Shown: positions 42,364 through 52,582, counted from the stretch's first letter. The stretch: DNA of 60,779 bases from Candidatus Poseidoniaceae archaeon (GCA_029250345.1 JAQXFL010000016.1:1-60779), one strand, 5' to 3'. Made by a program: numbers and translations. The notes: generated from the letters alone by a model not told the origin.

Positions 42364-43491
42364 ATGTCTGAGAAACGTGACTACTACGAGGTTCTCGGTG
42401 TGGATAAACAAGCCACATCTGCGGAACTCAAGAATGCCTTCCGTAGCCTTGCTCGCAAGTACCATCCCGACCGAAGTCAAGAAGAGAATGCAGAGGACAT
42501 GTTCAAAGAAATCCAAGAAGCATATGCAGTTCTTTCCGATGACCAGAAGCGTGCTCAGTACGACCGTTTCGGGCACAACGGCCCAGGAGGTTCACCGTTC
42601 GGTGGATTTGGTGGCGGTGGATTCAATATCAATCTCGATGACATTCTTGGAGGTGACTTCTTTTCCAACATCTTTGGTGGCGGCGGTGGAGGCTCTCGTC
42701 GTTCTCGTCGTAGAGGTTCTGACATTCGGATGATTCACACCGTTGATATGTTCAAAATCTACGAAGGTAGCACGGAAGAAGTAGAAGTTGACCTCCCTGT
42801 CGCCTGTACTCACTGTGATGGTACGGGTGCAAAGGAAGGTAAGACTTCCGAATGCAGTGATTGCAGTGGTCAAGGGCGTGTCCGAATGCGGCAACAAGTT
42901 GGCCCCTTTGTTCAAGATGTTGTTCGAGAATGTCCAACTTGCGGTGGCACAGGCAGTTCGGCTGATGAATCATGTTCTCCGTGCAGGGGCAACGGTAAGG
43001 AAATCAAATCTTCCACGCTTCGATTCAATATCCCTGCTGGCGCAGAAGCTGGCACACGCCTGCGCATGCGTGGTAAAGGGGAGCCAGCCCCTCAAGGGAG
43101 AGGCGAAGACGGTGACTTGTTTATTGAAATCGACATTGAACCTCACCCATGGTTTGAACGCTCCAACGCAGACCTCATCATGTCGTTGCCGCTCGGTTAT
43201 TCAGACTTGGTGCTCGGAACAACCGTGACCGTTCAACACGTTGACGGAAAGGACTTGAACATTAAGGTCCCAGCCTATTCCAATTCTGGAGATACCCTCG
43301 AAATTCGAAAACGAGGCCTACCTCGGAGCAGAGGCAGCGGGCGTGGTGATGTTGTTGTTCTTCTGAAATTACACATGCCTAAGAAAGTAGACAAGAAGTC
43401 GAAGAAGGCTCTTCAGGAATTGAAGTCAGCCCTTGCACCAAAGGATATTTTGGAGCGAATCAAGGACGATGCCAAGGATCGACGAAACTGA
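42364..43491 (+). CDS. dnaJ: molecular chaperone DnaJ (type I Hsp40)
   Basis: The J domain is DYYEVLGV...KYHPDRS (HPD). A Gly/Phe-rich linker follows. Four CxxCxGxG zinc-finger repeats are present (CTHCDGTG, CSDCSGQG, CPTCGGTG, CSPCRGNG). ATG 42364 follows GGTGAG. Confidence 0.9.
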   Translation: MSEKRDYYEVLGVDKQATSAELKNAFRSLARKYHPDRSQEENAEDMFKEIQEAYAVLSDDQKRAQYDRFGHNGPGGSPFGGFGGGGFNINLDDILGGDFFSNIFGGGGGGSRRSRRRGSDIRMIHTVDMFKIYEGSTEEVEVDLPVACTHCDGTGAKEGKTSECSDCSGQGRVRMRQQVGPFVQDVVRECPTCGGTGSSADESCSPCRGNGKEIKSSTLRFNIPAGAEAGTRLRMRGKGEPAPQGRGEDGDLFIEIDIEPHPWFERSNADLIMSLPLGYSDLVLGTTVTVQHVDGKDLNIKVPAYSNSGDTLEIRKRGLPRSRGSGRGDVVVLLKLHMPKKVDKKSKKALQELKSALAPKDILERIKDDAKDRRN

Positions 43492-43582
43492 TTCAGCAAT
43501 CATTTCGGCCTCTGAAACCATGTCAAAGGTTGACATAAATATCGTATAAGTCTTCATAACCTCCAGACCTTTGGACAACAGC

Positions 43583-43885
43583 ATGTCCGAGAAGCGTGTA
43601 CTGCGCAAGATGAAGAAACTCGCTTCTCGAATCCATGACAAGATGGAAGCAGTTCGGGATGTCATGGAAGATTTGGAAATCGAGTTCGAGATGCTCCAAA
43701 ACCAGATTACGAAACTTGAATCAAAGAAGGGTTTGACCCGTGACGAAAAAATCATTGAGAAAAAGTCAACTCCACGTGCGGTAAACGATTCCTCAGACGA
43801 ATCTGATTCTGATGAAGAAGAAGATGACGATGACATTCTCGACTTGGAAAACACTTCCGTAGTTACCGTTCGTCCAAAGTTCTGA
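43583..43885 (+). CDS. hypothetical small coiled-coil protein with poly-acidic C-terminus
   Basis: The track ORF starts at TTG 43571, and the first ATG is 43583 (MSEKRVLRKMKK). The sequence is charged and helical, with an acidic run DESDSDEEEDDDDILDLE. No family was recognised. Confidence 0.45.
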   Translation: MSEKRVLRKMKKLASRIHDKMEAVRDVMEDLEIEFEMLQNQITKLESKKGLTRDEKIIEKKSTPRAVNDSSDESDSDEEEDDDDILDLENTSVVTVRPKF

Positions 43886-43935
43886 ACAAAACTACTACTC
43901 AGCGAAATATTGGCTTTCGATGAGAAATGATTTCA

Positions 43936-46173
43936 TCACTCTTCTTCAAGCGATTGAATCTGAAGCGTTGAAGGAATCCTTGCAGCGCTCGGTTCTCCAT
44001 TCATGCGCCCGTTAAGTTCGATATCAACTGCGGAGGCAGTTCCGCTGATTTCTGCCATGATGAAGGTGCGGTTACCGTTTGCCATTGTGTCAAGGAATAC
44101 TTCCTCTCCTCGGTTTAGGAATCTCGGTTCGACATTTTCAACATTCCACGCCTGACCAACTGGAGCATCAAATCGAAGTGCTGCCAAGTCCCATTTTCCT
44201 TCAACAATGTGTATTCCCACCATGAGTGGTATTGCCCCTTCTGACTTCGCAATCCTCTCGTCGAGTCTCCATACCGCCATTGCAACGCTGTCCGTGCGGT
44301 AGTCAAGGTCAGGTTTGCCCCATGTCGAGTTGGCTTCATCCCACGACAGTAATGTCACGGCTTGAAGAGCACGTGCAAGGTTTGCACGCGATTGCTTCGG
44401 TGTTGTTTTACCTGAGTCTAATTGTGATTTAAACCAAGCGAGTTGCTCAGATTTCATCGAGAATTCTCGGGCTGTCTTCAAAGTGCGGTATTGAACCAAG
44501 CCAAAGTACAGGACGGGTAAAAGGAACAAGGAACCAAGGAAGAAGCGAGCTCTAGTTCCCCACTTCTGAGCATTTTCGTCCGGCGGGAAATACGGTTCCT
44601 CTCCTTCATCAATCTCAGAGTAGGTTGACGACAAGAGGTACACCAACGCTGGCGCATCTTCGCCCCATGGATGTGGCGTGTTGTTGGTCGGATCAACAAG
44701 TGCGACACGCAGGAAATGTGTTCCAGGTCCCACCTCGAGCGACGCTTGGATTTTACCGTTTGAGTAGATGCTTCGGCGTGTATCGATGACGTCCCAAGAT
44801 TCTTGGTCAATGTTCCACACTTCCAATTCAAATTGTTCGATGTGCATGCTTTCAAGGGTGAATCGAATGAGGTGCACGGATTCAAACCACCCGTTTACTT
44901 CAACCCGATAGACATCCGCAGTGTCATGAACGGCAAGAGTCATTTCACCTTCAATCGGTCCTGATTCTAGATTCATTAATGGCCATGAGGCGTTGTCACT
45001 CTGAAGGGACAGAGGTCGCACTGATGGTGCTTCAAGTCCTGAGCCTAAGTCAGAGAAATCTTCGACCATTAAGTTGACATAATGCACCGGGGAGTGGAAA
45101 TGCACACGAACTGCACTGATGTTTGGATATGGATAAAAGGTGTATGCTGGGTCTGGAGTGATGTTCTTTTCTGCACCCAATATCCATGTTCCTCCAACGA
45201 GTTGATCCACCGTGATGGATGTGTTCGAAAACAACGGCTCGAAGGTGAATTTTTCTGTGTCATTCATGGCGAGCATTACTGCAGTCGAATGATGGCCAAC
45301 AATGTGCATGTTTTCAGAACTTTCAGTGAGTTGGAGTGATGAGTTGTGGGCATAACGAATCGTTTTGATTGCCCATGCCGTATGAGAAATACTTGCTTCA
45401 ATCTTCACCACAACTCGACCCGATTCTTCGAAGAACCAAAGGCCATTCTCGCCGTGCAGTGACGCTGCTATTCCTTGAGGTTGAATCAATTCGTGACCGT
45501 ACAACGTTTCAGTCGAATTCCATTGGAAGTAGACTGAAATCGTGAGGTCATTGGTAGCGTGCATTGCTTGGAGTTCAAGTGTGTCTCCAGCCTCTATATC
45601 GAACGCAATGTACTCCGAACCTGCTTGTTCATGGATACCCGTCGTGAAATCTGGGGACGAATATTCCCCGTTTGGTACACCGTCGAGGTGTCCTCTGGTG
45701 GGTTGAATGCATTCGTTCATGTTGGAGCAGTACTCAATTGTTTGCGATTCGACCGTTTCAGATGGAGCTGGGCGTACGGTTGGGAAGGATTCATCGATGG
45801 ATTCGATCAATGAATAGTACACATTTTCCTCAACAGGTGAATGGATGCTGAGAGTTACCGTGCCACTTACAGCGGCTTGAACAGTGAGGACGTCCGTGGT
45901 TTGGTACGCCGTTCCTGCGAGGTCGATATCTGCGGTGCATTGCTGGCATTCAAGGACAAGACTGGTCCACTGCCCTTCTTCAATGGTCCACTGACGCGAA
46001 TGGTTATCGACTCCGTTTGATAAATAGCCGATGATTCGTCCGTCTGCTTGGATGGAGTTTCCTGTTTCGTTTTCTGCTGCAACGAGGGGTGCGGGAGACA
46101 ATGAAAGGATGCAGAGTAGGCATGCCATGAACACACCAGTGCTCATCCGACGCAGTGACATGTTGCCGTCCAT
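43936..46173 (-). CDS. hypothetical type I membrane protein: signal peptide, PPC-like extracellular domains, one TM, approximately 190-aa cytoplasmic domain
   Basis: The signal peptide is MSTGVFMACLLCILSLSPAPLVAA, with start candidates at 46173, 46161 and 46146. Pre-peptidase-C-terminal-like patterns are visible (YIAFDIEAGDTLELQA and DTADVYRVEVNG). The TM is FFLGSLFLLPVLYFGLV. Confidence 0.6.
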   Translation of the reverse strand: MDGNMSLRRMSTGVFMACLLCILSLSPAPLVAAENETGNSIQADGRIIGYLSNGVDNHSRQWTIEEGQWTSLVLECQQCTADIDLAGTAYQTTDVLTVQAAVSGTVTLSIHSPVEENVYYSLIESIDESFPTVRPAPSETVESQTIEYCSNMNECIQPTRGHLDGVPNGEYSSPDFTTGIHEQAGSEYIAFDIEAGDTLELQAMHATNDLTISVYFQWNSTETLYGHELIQPQGIAASLHGENGLWFFEESGRVVVKIEASISHTAWAIKTIRYAHNSSLQLTESSENMHIVGHHSTAVMLAMNDTEKFTFEPLFSNTSITVDQLVGGTWILGAEKNITPDPAYTFYPYPNISAVRVHFHSPVHYVNLMVEDFSDLGSGLEAPSVRPLSLQSDNASWPLMNLESGPIEGEMTLAVHDTADVYRVEVNGWFESVHLIRFTLESMHIEQFELEVWNIDQESWDVIDTRRSIYSNGKIQASLEVGPGTHFLRVALVDPTNNTPHPWGEDAPALVYLLSSTYSEIDEGEEPYFPPDENAQKWGTRARFFLGSLFLLPVLYFGLVQYRTLKTAREFSMKSEQLAWFKSQLDSGKTTPKQSRANLARALQAVTLLSWDEANSTWGKPDLDYRTDSVAMAVWRLDERIAKSEGAIPLMVGIHIVEGKWDLAALRFDAPVGQAWNVENVEPRFLNRGEEVFLDTMANGNRTFIMAEISGTASAVDIELNGRMNGEPSAARIPSTLQIQSLEEE

Positions 46174-46224
46174 ATATGTCCCTGTGAAGTATGCTCTTTG
46201 AACTTAGGCCCTTCTTCGTGTCCA

Positions 46225-48033
46225 ATGCTTGAAGAAGCAATGGCTTTTGGCCCAACCATGGAGGATGGTCTCGGTCGAACCGTTACAGCACGTTACCGCT
46301 TTGCTCGTCAGTGGGCCTTGGGCGACCGCAAGAGTCCACTGTCGTCGACTCCAGCCCTCGTTTTACTTGATGGCGATCCAGATGTGGCGGCTCACATTGC
46401 CCCATTTCGCTCTTCAACCGATGATGCGATTCCGGCGACACTTCACTTTGAATCACGATTGCCACTGTCTCCACCAGATTTTGCCATAAATTCTCCTTCA
46501 TGGAGTGTCTCAATCGGCCACGTTCTCCCCCCCTCACTCGATGAAGCTGATGCTGGTGAGGCAGCGGGTACTGCTCAAGTTTTGCCTGTTTCCTGGCAGA
46601 GGCTCAATCACGATGCAAGCCTCACAAATCCGGAGCTCAAGCCTGATGTCGTCGTGCTTGTTGATGCCGTTCAGCTTGCTGCACAGCCCGGCAGGCTGGT
46701 TGAGGCGATATCCATTCTCAAGCAACAATTCCCTGGTGCCCTTTTGTGGACTCCTGGATTGGGCGGGCCTGACAATTTGGCTGTGCTGGTTTGGTTCGGT
46801 GTTGATTTGTTTGACCTCTCTCGGTCTCGACAAGCCGCCGCTGCAGGAGTCTTACTGACCGAGCAAGGCCCAAGGCATCTTGTTGGCTCAATGGGCGAAT
46901 CTGCAGGTATGGATGAACAAATCTCGCATTGGAGCAATGCTATTGCATCGGTTCGTGGCGCACTAGCCTCCGACCAGATGAGGTCTCTTGCGGACCGCCA
47001 ATCACTCACCAGCCCAAGACTGGTTGAACATTTGCGCCGTCATGATCTCTTGTGCCAAAACATTCCTGGACTGCTCTCATCACATGTGGCTGCTGATTTC
47101 AAATTCCCATGCCATTCGGCTTCCGTTCAAACTGACCCATTGATTACAGACTGGGAATCTTACATGACCACGGAATACTCTGCTCCAGTTGGCTTGGACA
47201 CCATTTTGGTATTGCTACCGTGTTCCGCTCGAAAACCATATCGACTTTCCAAATCCCATGGTCGCTTCATACGTGCGATTGGAACCAGTGCATGCCACGA
47301 GGTGATGGTCACATCGCCTCTTGGACTTGTCCCACGTGATCTCGAAGAGGTTTGGCCTGCAGGACATTATGATGTTCCAGTTACTGGCGATTGGACCGGT
47401 GATGAACTTGCAAGAATCCAACGTATGTTCCGGGTCTTGGTAGACCGGCATGATTACAAGAGAATCATCAACCATTCCGGCATCCATTTTGAACACCCCT
47501 CTGTCGAGGTTGTCGAGACACGACAAGGCGATTCTGCAGGCTCACACGATGCATTAGAGCGTCTCTCCGAAGCAGTTCGTTCTGCCGTTGATACCTTTAG
47601 CGCCCGTGGGCGAAAGACTGAGAAGATTTTATTGGATAATTTTGCAAGTATTTCTCGCAAGCAAATGAACAACGATGCTTGGCTTGCTGACATGAAAGTT
47701 CGCGGAAAGCCTCCGCGCTACCGACTTGAGCGAGATAAGAACCAGATGGCTCTTTGGTCCATCGACCGAAGTGGCTTTTCTCTACCGAAAGCTGTCATTC
47801 CAACATTGGATGAACTCAACTCGTTACCAGCCGTTCACCTTCGTCCAGATGTCGCTTGGAAGGGCGACATCTTCGGAGTGCTCGTCGAATCATTTGACAA
47901 ATCAATACGTGCAGGCAGTGATGTTTTGGTCTACCAAAACGGTTCTGTGATCGGACTGGCTCGGGCCCATGCGCCTGCTTGGGAATGGCCAAACACTCCG
48001 GGACGCTTAGCCAAATCTCATCAAAGACTGTGA
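46225..48033 (+). CDS. arcS: archaeosine synthase (tRNA-guanine transglycosylase-like, DUF5591 + PUA)
   Basis: The ArcS signature PC-x3-KPY-x2-S-x2-H is present as PCSARKPYRLSKSH (47218-47259). VTSPLGLVPRDLEEVWPAGHYDVPVTGDW follows, and a PUA-like C-terminus is present (AGSDVLVYQNGSVIGLARA). The track ORF starts at TTG 46198; the first ATGs are 46225 and 46240. Confidence 0.8.
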   Translation: MLEEAMAFGPTMEDGLGRTVTARYRFARQWALGDRKSPLSSTPALVLLDGDPDVAAHIAPFRSSTDDAIPATLHFESRLPLSPPDFAINSPSWSVSIGHVLPPSLDEADAGEAAGTAQVLPVSWQRLNHDASLTNPELKPDVVVLVDAVQLAAQPGRLVEAISILKQQFPGALLWTPGLGGPDNLAVLVWFGVDLFDLSRSRQAAAAGVLLTEQGPRHLVGSMGESAGMDEQISHWSNAIASVRGALASDQMRSLADRQSLTSPRLVEHLRRHDLLCQNIPGLLSSHVAADFKFPCHSASVQTDPLITDWESYMTTEYSAPVGLDTILVLLPCSARKPYRLSKSHGRFIRAIGTSACHEVMVTSPLGLVPRDLEEVWPAGHYDVPVTGDWTGDELARIQRMFRVLVDRHDYKRIINHSGIHFEHPSVEVVETRQGDSAGSHDALERLSEAVRSAVDTFSARGRKTEKILLDNFASISRKQMNNDAWLADMKVRGKPPRYRLERDKNQMALWSIDRSGFSLPKAVIPTLDELNSLPAVHLRPDVAWKGDIFGVLVESFDKSIRAGSDVLVYQNGSVIGLARAHAPAWEWPNTPGRLAKSHQRL

Positions 48034-48147
48034 ATTCAACCTTCTTTCACCTCGCAATCCTGCGTTAAGACGATGCGATTTGCGCTTGGTTGAAGCGGAG
48101 CGGTTAAGAAGGGGTGACAAGTCGGCTTTTTCCTTGGAGTTGTCCTT

Positions 48148-48606
48148 ATGGCACGGATGTACAAATCACGCAAAGGAAAGAGTGGGTCCAGTAAGCCCTA
48201 TGTCAGCGAAGCACCAGAGTGGTCAAACACGGATGCTGCGGCGGTAAAGCAACTTGTAATCGACCTCGGTAAGGATGGACATTCCTCCGCAGTCATCGGC
48301 ACAATTCTACGTGACCAGCATGCAGTTCCTAACGCTCGGCTCGTTCTCGGTAAGAGAATTGGTGCAGTTCTCGCTGAGAACAACATCGGTGGTACATATC
48401 CTGAAGATTTGATGAATCTGATGCGACAAGCTGTCGGCATCATCAACCACCTCGGCAGCGGCAACCACAAGGATTTGCACAACAAGCGGTCTCTTGAAAT
48501 CACCGAAGCAAAGATTCGCCGACTTTCTAACTACTACAAGTCCGAAGGTCGCTTGCCATCCGATTGGCGATACAAGCGAGAAGAACTCCGACTCATGGTC
48601 GAGTGA
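48148..48606 (+). CDS. rps15: 30S ribosomal protein S15 (uS15, archaeal S15P/S13e type)
   Basis: 152 aa. MARMYKSRKGKSGSSKPY... is a typical archaeal/eukaryotic-type S15 N-terminal extension, and the C-terminal S15 helices include ...HLGSGNHKDLHNKRSLEITEAKIRRLSNYY. Confidence 0.9.
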   Translation: MARMYKSRKGKSGSSKPYVSEAPEWSNTDAAAVKQLVIDLGKDGHSSAVIGTILRDQHAVPNARLVLGKRIGAVLAENNIGGTYPEDLMNLMRQAVGIINHLGSGNHKDLHNKRSLEITEAKIRRLSNYYKSEGRLPSDWRYKREELRLMVE

Positions 48607-48676
48607 TTCCTCACGCTCTTCTCGTTTGATGTGAGACTTCATCAACGGTCACCATTTAGATTCAAAGGGTGCGACC

Positions 48677-49579
48677 ATGAACGACTTGCTTCAGACTGCC
48701 CCGTTCCATGACATTCAATCCCACATTGAAGGTCTTGTTCAAAAAATCCATGAGGCTGAAATGGTGCATATTCATGCGCCTGCAGATTTACAGGGTCTAC
48801 TGTCTCTAACAACACTTGAATCTGCGTTTTTGGATGCTGGTGTCTCGTACAGACGGCGGTTTTTACCCCCGCACCAACACATTCCACGAGATGAGCGACA
48901 AGAACCTCAATCATCACTCGATGGCCTTCTCATTTTCATTGACCCATTCGAAGATACATGGACGATTAAGGATCTTCCACAAACTGAATTTATCCACATC
49001 ACTCCACTTTCGGTTACCGTTCGTTTGGGTTCGAATCAGTCCGAACGCAGGGGTGCACTGGATACCGTTGCCCAGTGTGCAGCAGTAGCCGCTGCGTTGT
49101 CGCCGAACGGACAAAAAACTCGGCTCATCCGTCCATTTGCCTCCACTGGTCTCTGGCTTCGCGAAGCACTTGATACCACATTTGATCCAATTCACACAAC
49201 CATACGTGACCATTTGCGTGCTGAAGGAGCATTCAGAGTTGTTCCTTTGCCAGAGGTACCGACACCTGCTACGGGAATGATTCCCGACCTTTCGGAGAGA
49301 ATGCTTTCTCGTCTACGCAAGGGTTGGTCGAAAATGGATGCCGAAGCCCGTTCAGGTGCACTGAGTGAACTTCTCTTGCCCGCACTTCAAAATTCCACTC
49401 TTTCCACTCCCCGTTTAGAGGAACTGGTCTGGCATCGATTGCTACTGGGTGCATCGGATGTCGATGTCATGAGTCAAGTTCACTTGGCTGAACAGTCATG
49501 GCCCAGTGAAGCAGGTAAAGCAAAGATACATGCCTCCAAACTCGCTGACAGCTTTCTCAAAACAGGTCTTTTAATTTGA
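48677..49579 (+). CDS. hypothetical protein; possibly a degenerate DHH/RecJ-Cdc45-like domain
   Basis: 300 aa. The N-terminal pattern VHIHAPADLQGLLSLTTLESAFLDAGVSYRRRFL, followed by LLIFIDPFED, resembles DHH motifs I/II with the acidic and His ligands lost. No DHH or GGGH motif is present. It lies directly downstream of rps15. Confidence 0.3.
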   Translation: MNDLLQTAPFHDIQSHIEGLVQKIHEAEMVHIHAPADLQGLLSLTTLESAFLDAGVSYRRRFLPPHQHIPRDERQEPQSSLDGLLIFIDPFEDTWTIKDLPQTEFIHITPLSVTVRLGSNQSERRGALDTVAQCAAVAAALSPNGQKTRLIRPFASTGLWLREALDTTFDPIHTTIRDHLRAEGAFRVVPLPEVPTPATGMIPDLSERMLSRLRKGWSKMDAEARSGALSELLLPALQNSTLSTPRLEELVWHRLLLGASDVDVMSQVHLAEQSWPSEAGKAKIHASKLADSFLKTGLLI

Positions 49580-49625
49580 ATCTCTTCATCGACGGGTTGA
49601 AACCAAAGAACCAACTGGGCTGTAC

Positions 49626-49976
49626 ATGGCCATTGAACGATTGCTCACAGGTAGTATTCGAGACCAAGTTCAAGATTTAATGTCGACCGAAGACCTCGTC
49701 ATCGAAGCATTTCGAGACTTGGTTAAGGATGAACTCAAGGCGCACATTCGAGGTAAGGTGGAAGAAGACCCGGAATTGAAGGCCGAAATCAAAGAAGCGG
49801 TCGCTTACTATTTCCACACGAAGGCACGAACCGTCTATGCTGAACTCAAGGCCACACGAGCTGCAACTCGGCTCGGATTACGCCTGCTACCTGATGATTT
49901 GCAAGGCGAGGTTGGCGAAGCTGTTGTTTCTCTGTTTGAGAAGGAATTGGGCGCTCTTCTTGAGAAGGCTCTTTGA
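49626..49976 (+). CDS. hypothetical small helical protein
   Basis: 116-aa ORF with an ATG start. It is a charged helical sequence with no TM and no recognised family. Confidence 0.45.
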   Translation: MAIERLLTGSIRDQVQDLMSTEDLVIEAFRDLVKDELKAHIRGKVEEDPELKAEIKEAVAYYFHTKARTVYAELKATRAATRLGLRLLPDDLQGEVGEAVVSLFEKELGALLEKAL

Positions 49977-50044
49977 CGCTGTTTGTTCACTGAAAGGCGC
50001 TTCTCTTATGTGCCATGCGCGCTGCCATTGCACTCGGTGAAGTC

Positions 50045-52120
50045 ATGTCTGCACGCCCATTGTTAATTGTGCTGATTTTTTTGGCATCAATGGCTGCACC
50101 CTTTAGCGACAATTATCTTGGCGATGTGTCTGCTGAAGATGCCCTCGTGTGCTGCGATACTGCGGATGTAGAGCTGTATCTCCTTGGCTCCGCATCTGCG
50201 GGGACATTGTCTCCGTTTTCTCAGGATCTTTCTGCCGACACGTCATCTTCTGCAGCGATTGCAGGTTCTGTAACATCTGAAGAGTCTGTTGGAAAATGGG
50301 TTCTTCCGAATGTTTGGCCAGGAACCGTTCCAGCAAACACATGGAAGGTTTCCATTGAATACGAGTTAACCAATGCGGCCAGCGCTCAAATAAACGCCAC
50401 AGCTTCTCTCAAAATAGGCAGCCAAACGTACAGTGCATCAACTGAGCCTGGAAGTTCAGTGTTAGCCCAAGGCACGGGTACGCTCACTTTTGACATTGAA
50501 GTAGACGCTACCTCGGTTTCTGATATGGGGGCAATTGAACTCTCTCTCACCGCTCGCTCGCTTGTTTTCACAATCCCAACCGGTGATGCCCAACTTGAGT
50601 TCCTCTGGGGTTCGGAGGATGCAGACTCTCATGTGGAGGCGGAAATACCGCTCTTCGACCTTACGTTGTTAGAGCCTGAAATTGAAGGTTCGGATGTTTA
50701 CTTTTCAGTCTTGATTGATTCAAACTGGGGAATGGATTTGTTATCAAAGTCGGACTCACTGCAAATATTCGTGGCTGGGACAGAGCTCTCTGGCGATCCT
50801 ATTGAGACTGGTGCTGATGGTGCAGTGCGAGTCACTTGGACTTGGCAAGGCGCCAAGGGTGGTACTGAAACCGTAAGCGTGGAGGCTCGCCTCACCATCG
50901 AATCAGGTGGGCAATCACTTTCCGGTTCAACTACATTTGAAATCGAAACCTTCGACACCAGCGGTGGTACAGGAACATACTATCCCCCGGATGAACCACT
51001 CAAGACAAACGGTGACGGAAGCCCTATATCCGTTTCAGGGACATTCACTCTTCTTAAGAACTCTGAAGGCGTTCTACAACTGGACCGGACCACCCGAATT
51101 GAAATCGGTGGGGAAATGGCATTTTGGATGCGATGGGGGATGGACCACATCGGCGATGAAGTGACTACACTTTCACCGGTTTTGAAGAGTTTTGACGCTG
51201 GAAGCGTCGGTGATGATGAGCGCGTTAGCCGTGACATCGAACAAATTGAGGTCATGGAAATGGAACGACAGTTGCTAAGCGCCTCAGGCTCATCCGGGCT
51301 TCTTTCCTACTACCTGAGCGTTGGTTTGGGATTAGAGGTAGAAGAACTACTTGGAGGCAGCGTCAATCAATTCCTTAGCCGTGACATCGATATCGAACTG
51401 AACGGTGAATCGCAAGTTGTGAATCATCCAGTTACCCTCATTGTCAAAACAGTAATGCTGTTTGATGGTGACGATGCTCCGAATGAAGGAGAACGAATCG
51501 AACTCATTGGTGGCTTTATCACAGCTCAACCAACTCCACTTTGGGGTAAAGTTTCCCTCTCTTTAGTCGGCAAATCCTCCGCCATGACTTCGTTCGCATT
51601 CCCTAAGGTTGTGTCGTCGAACTCGGTTACCTATCGCCATTTTAGGATGCCTTGGGGTGAAACACTCACCCTTGAGGGGTCCGATATCGCTGTTGATGAT
51701 TATTTTGCTTTCAAAATGACACCATCGAACTCACTTGTGACGTCGCCGGGTGTTTTGTCCGTACTGACATTGTTTGCCCTTTTCCTTGGTTTCATGTTTG
51801 CCCTCGCATTCTCGCGTAGTCGTCGCCGAGGAATTCTCCTTCTGGAGTTGATTCTCATTCCTTTGGTCGGGGTTATTCATTGGCTTGCTTATCCATCGGT
51901 ATTTGTTGGAGGGTCAGCGGTTACTGTGGTCGTCATTTGGTGGGTCACTGCCGTCACGAGTCCCCGGAAACGCAGTCAACTTCTCGAACAAGCGATAAAA
52001 ATCACCACGCCTGTGATCAATTGTCCTGCATGTTCGACACCTAATCCAGTGGAAAGTCAAGAACGCCCGCTTCGATTTGCATGCGTTGGATGCCAGCGTG
52101 TGATTCGGATTGAAGCTTAA
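50045..52120 (+). CDS. hypothetical surface protein with signal peptide, C-terminal TM helices and terminal zinc ribbon
   Basis: ATG 50045 (MSARPLLIVLIFLASMAAPFS); the ORF is open from 50015. The beta-rich ectodomain carries no recognised motif. Three C-terminal hydrophobic helices are followed by CPACSTPNPVESQERPLRFACVGCQRVIRIE. Confidence 0.6.
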   Translation: MSARPLLIVLIFLASMAAPFSDNYLGDVSAEDALVCCDTADVELYLLGSASAGTLSPFSQDLSADTSSSAAIAGSVTSEESVGKWVLPNVWPGTVPANTWKVSIEYELTNAASAQINATASLKIGSQTYSASTEPGSSVLAQGTGTLTFDIEVDATSVSDMGAIELSLTARSLVFTIPTGDAQLEFLWGSEDADSHVEAEIPLFDLTLLEPEIEGSDVYFSVLIDSNWGMDLLSKSDSLQIFVAGTELSGDPIETGADGAVRVTWTWQGAKGGTETVSVEARLTIESGGQSLSGSTTFEIETFDTSGGTGTYYPPDEPLKTNGDGSPISVSGTFTLLKNSEGVLQLDRTTRIEIGGEMAFWMRWGMDHIGDEVTTLSPVLKSFDAGSVGDDERVSRDIEQIEVMEMERQLLSASGSSGLLSYYLSVGLGLEVEELLGGSVNQFLSRDIDIELNGESQVVNHPVTLIVKTVMLFDGDDAPNEGERIELIGGFITAQPTPLWGKVSLSLVGKSSAMTSFAFPKVVSSNSVTYRHFRMPWGETLTLEGSDIAVDDYFAFKMTPSNSLVTSPGVLSVLTLFALFLGFMFALAFSRSRRRGILLLELILIPLVGVIHWLAYPSVFVGGSAVTVVVIWWVTAVTSPRKRSQLLEQAIKITTPVINCPACSTPNPVESQERPLRFACVGCQRVIRIEA

Positions 52121-52540
52121 TCAAAGTTTCAAACTTTTGAGCGATGATACGAGTTCACTTGCCTCTTGGTAATCATTGGGCGAGAAGTATCCTGCAAATT
52201 CACCGTTTTCATCTACTGCCACAACGGCTTGCGGCGCACGCTTTTGGACATCAGCAAGTACCGCTTTGAGCGTATCACTCAGTTGAACTTCAAGGAAATC
52301 CATTTCCATCCATTCAGAACATTTTGAATTGTTTGCATCCACGTTCTCAGAGAGTGCCTTGAGGAATTGGCGGTGTCCGATAACGCCCTTGGTCTTGGAG
52401 TCTCCATCGAGTACGACAAGTATCCCGCCAGTCATAGTTAGCAAGCGGCTGGATGCTTCAGCAATGCTGTCATCAATGCCGATGGTCATGTGTTCATCGT
52501 CAAGGTCCAAATCTGCTACCGTCTTTACCATGTTCGCCAC
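52121..52540 (-). CDS. CBS-domain pair protein
   Basis: 139 aa with two CBS-like units (ILVVLDGDSKTKGVIGHRQFLKAL and AVVAVDENGEFAGYFSPNDY). The start is GTG 52540 or ATG 52531. Its stop abuts the convergent gene's stop (52120/52121). Confidence 0.7.
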   Translation of the reverse strand: MANMVKTVADLDLDDEHMTIGIDDSIAEASSRLLTMTGGILVVLDGDSKTKGVIGHRQFLKALSENVDANNSKCSEWMEMDFLEVQLSDTLKAVLADVQKRAPQAVVAVDENGEFAGYFSPNDYQEASELVSSLKSLKL

Positions 52541-52582
52541 TGTGTGGTGGTGGCGTTCGGGAATTATATTCTTACCCGTAGG

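Noticed and set aside
48624-48646. Hairpin TTGATG-(8 nt)-CATCAA after rps15 as a terminator
   Set aside because: It has only a 6-bp A/T-rich stem and no following T-run, which is too weak to call.
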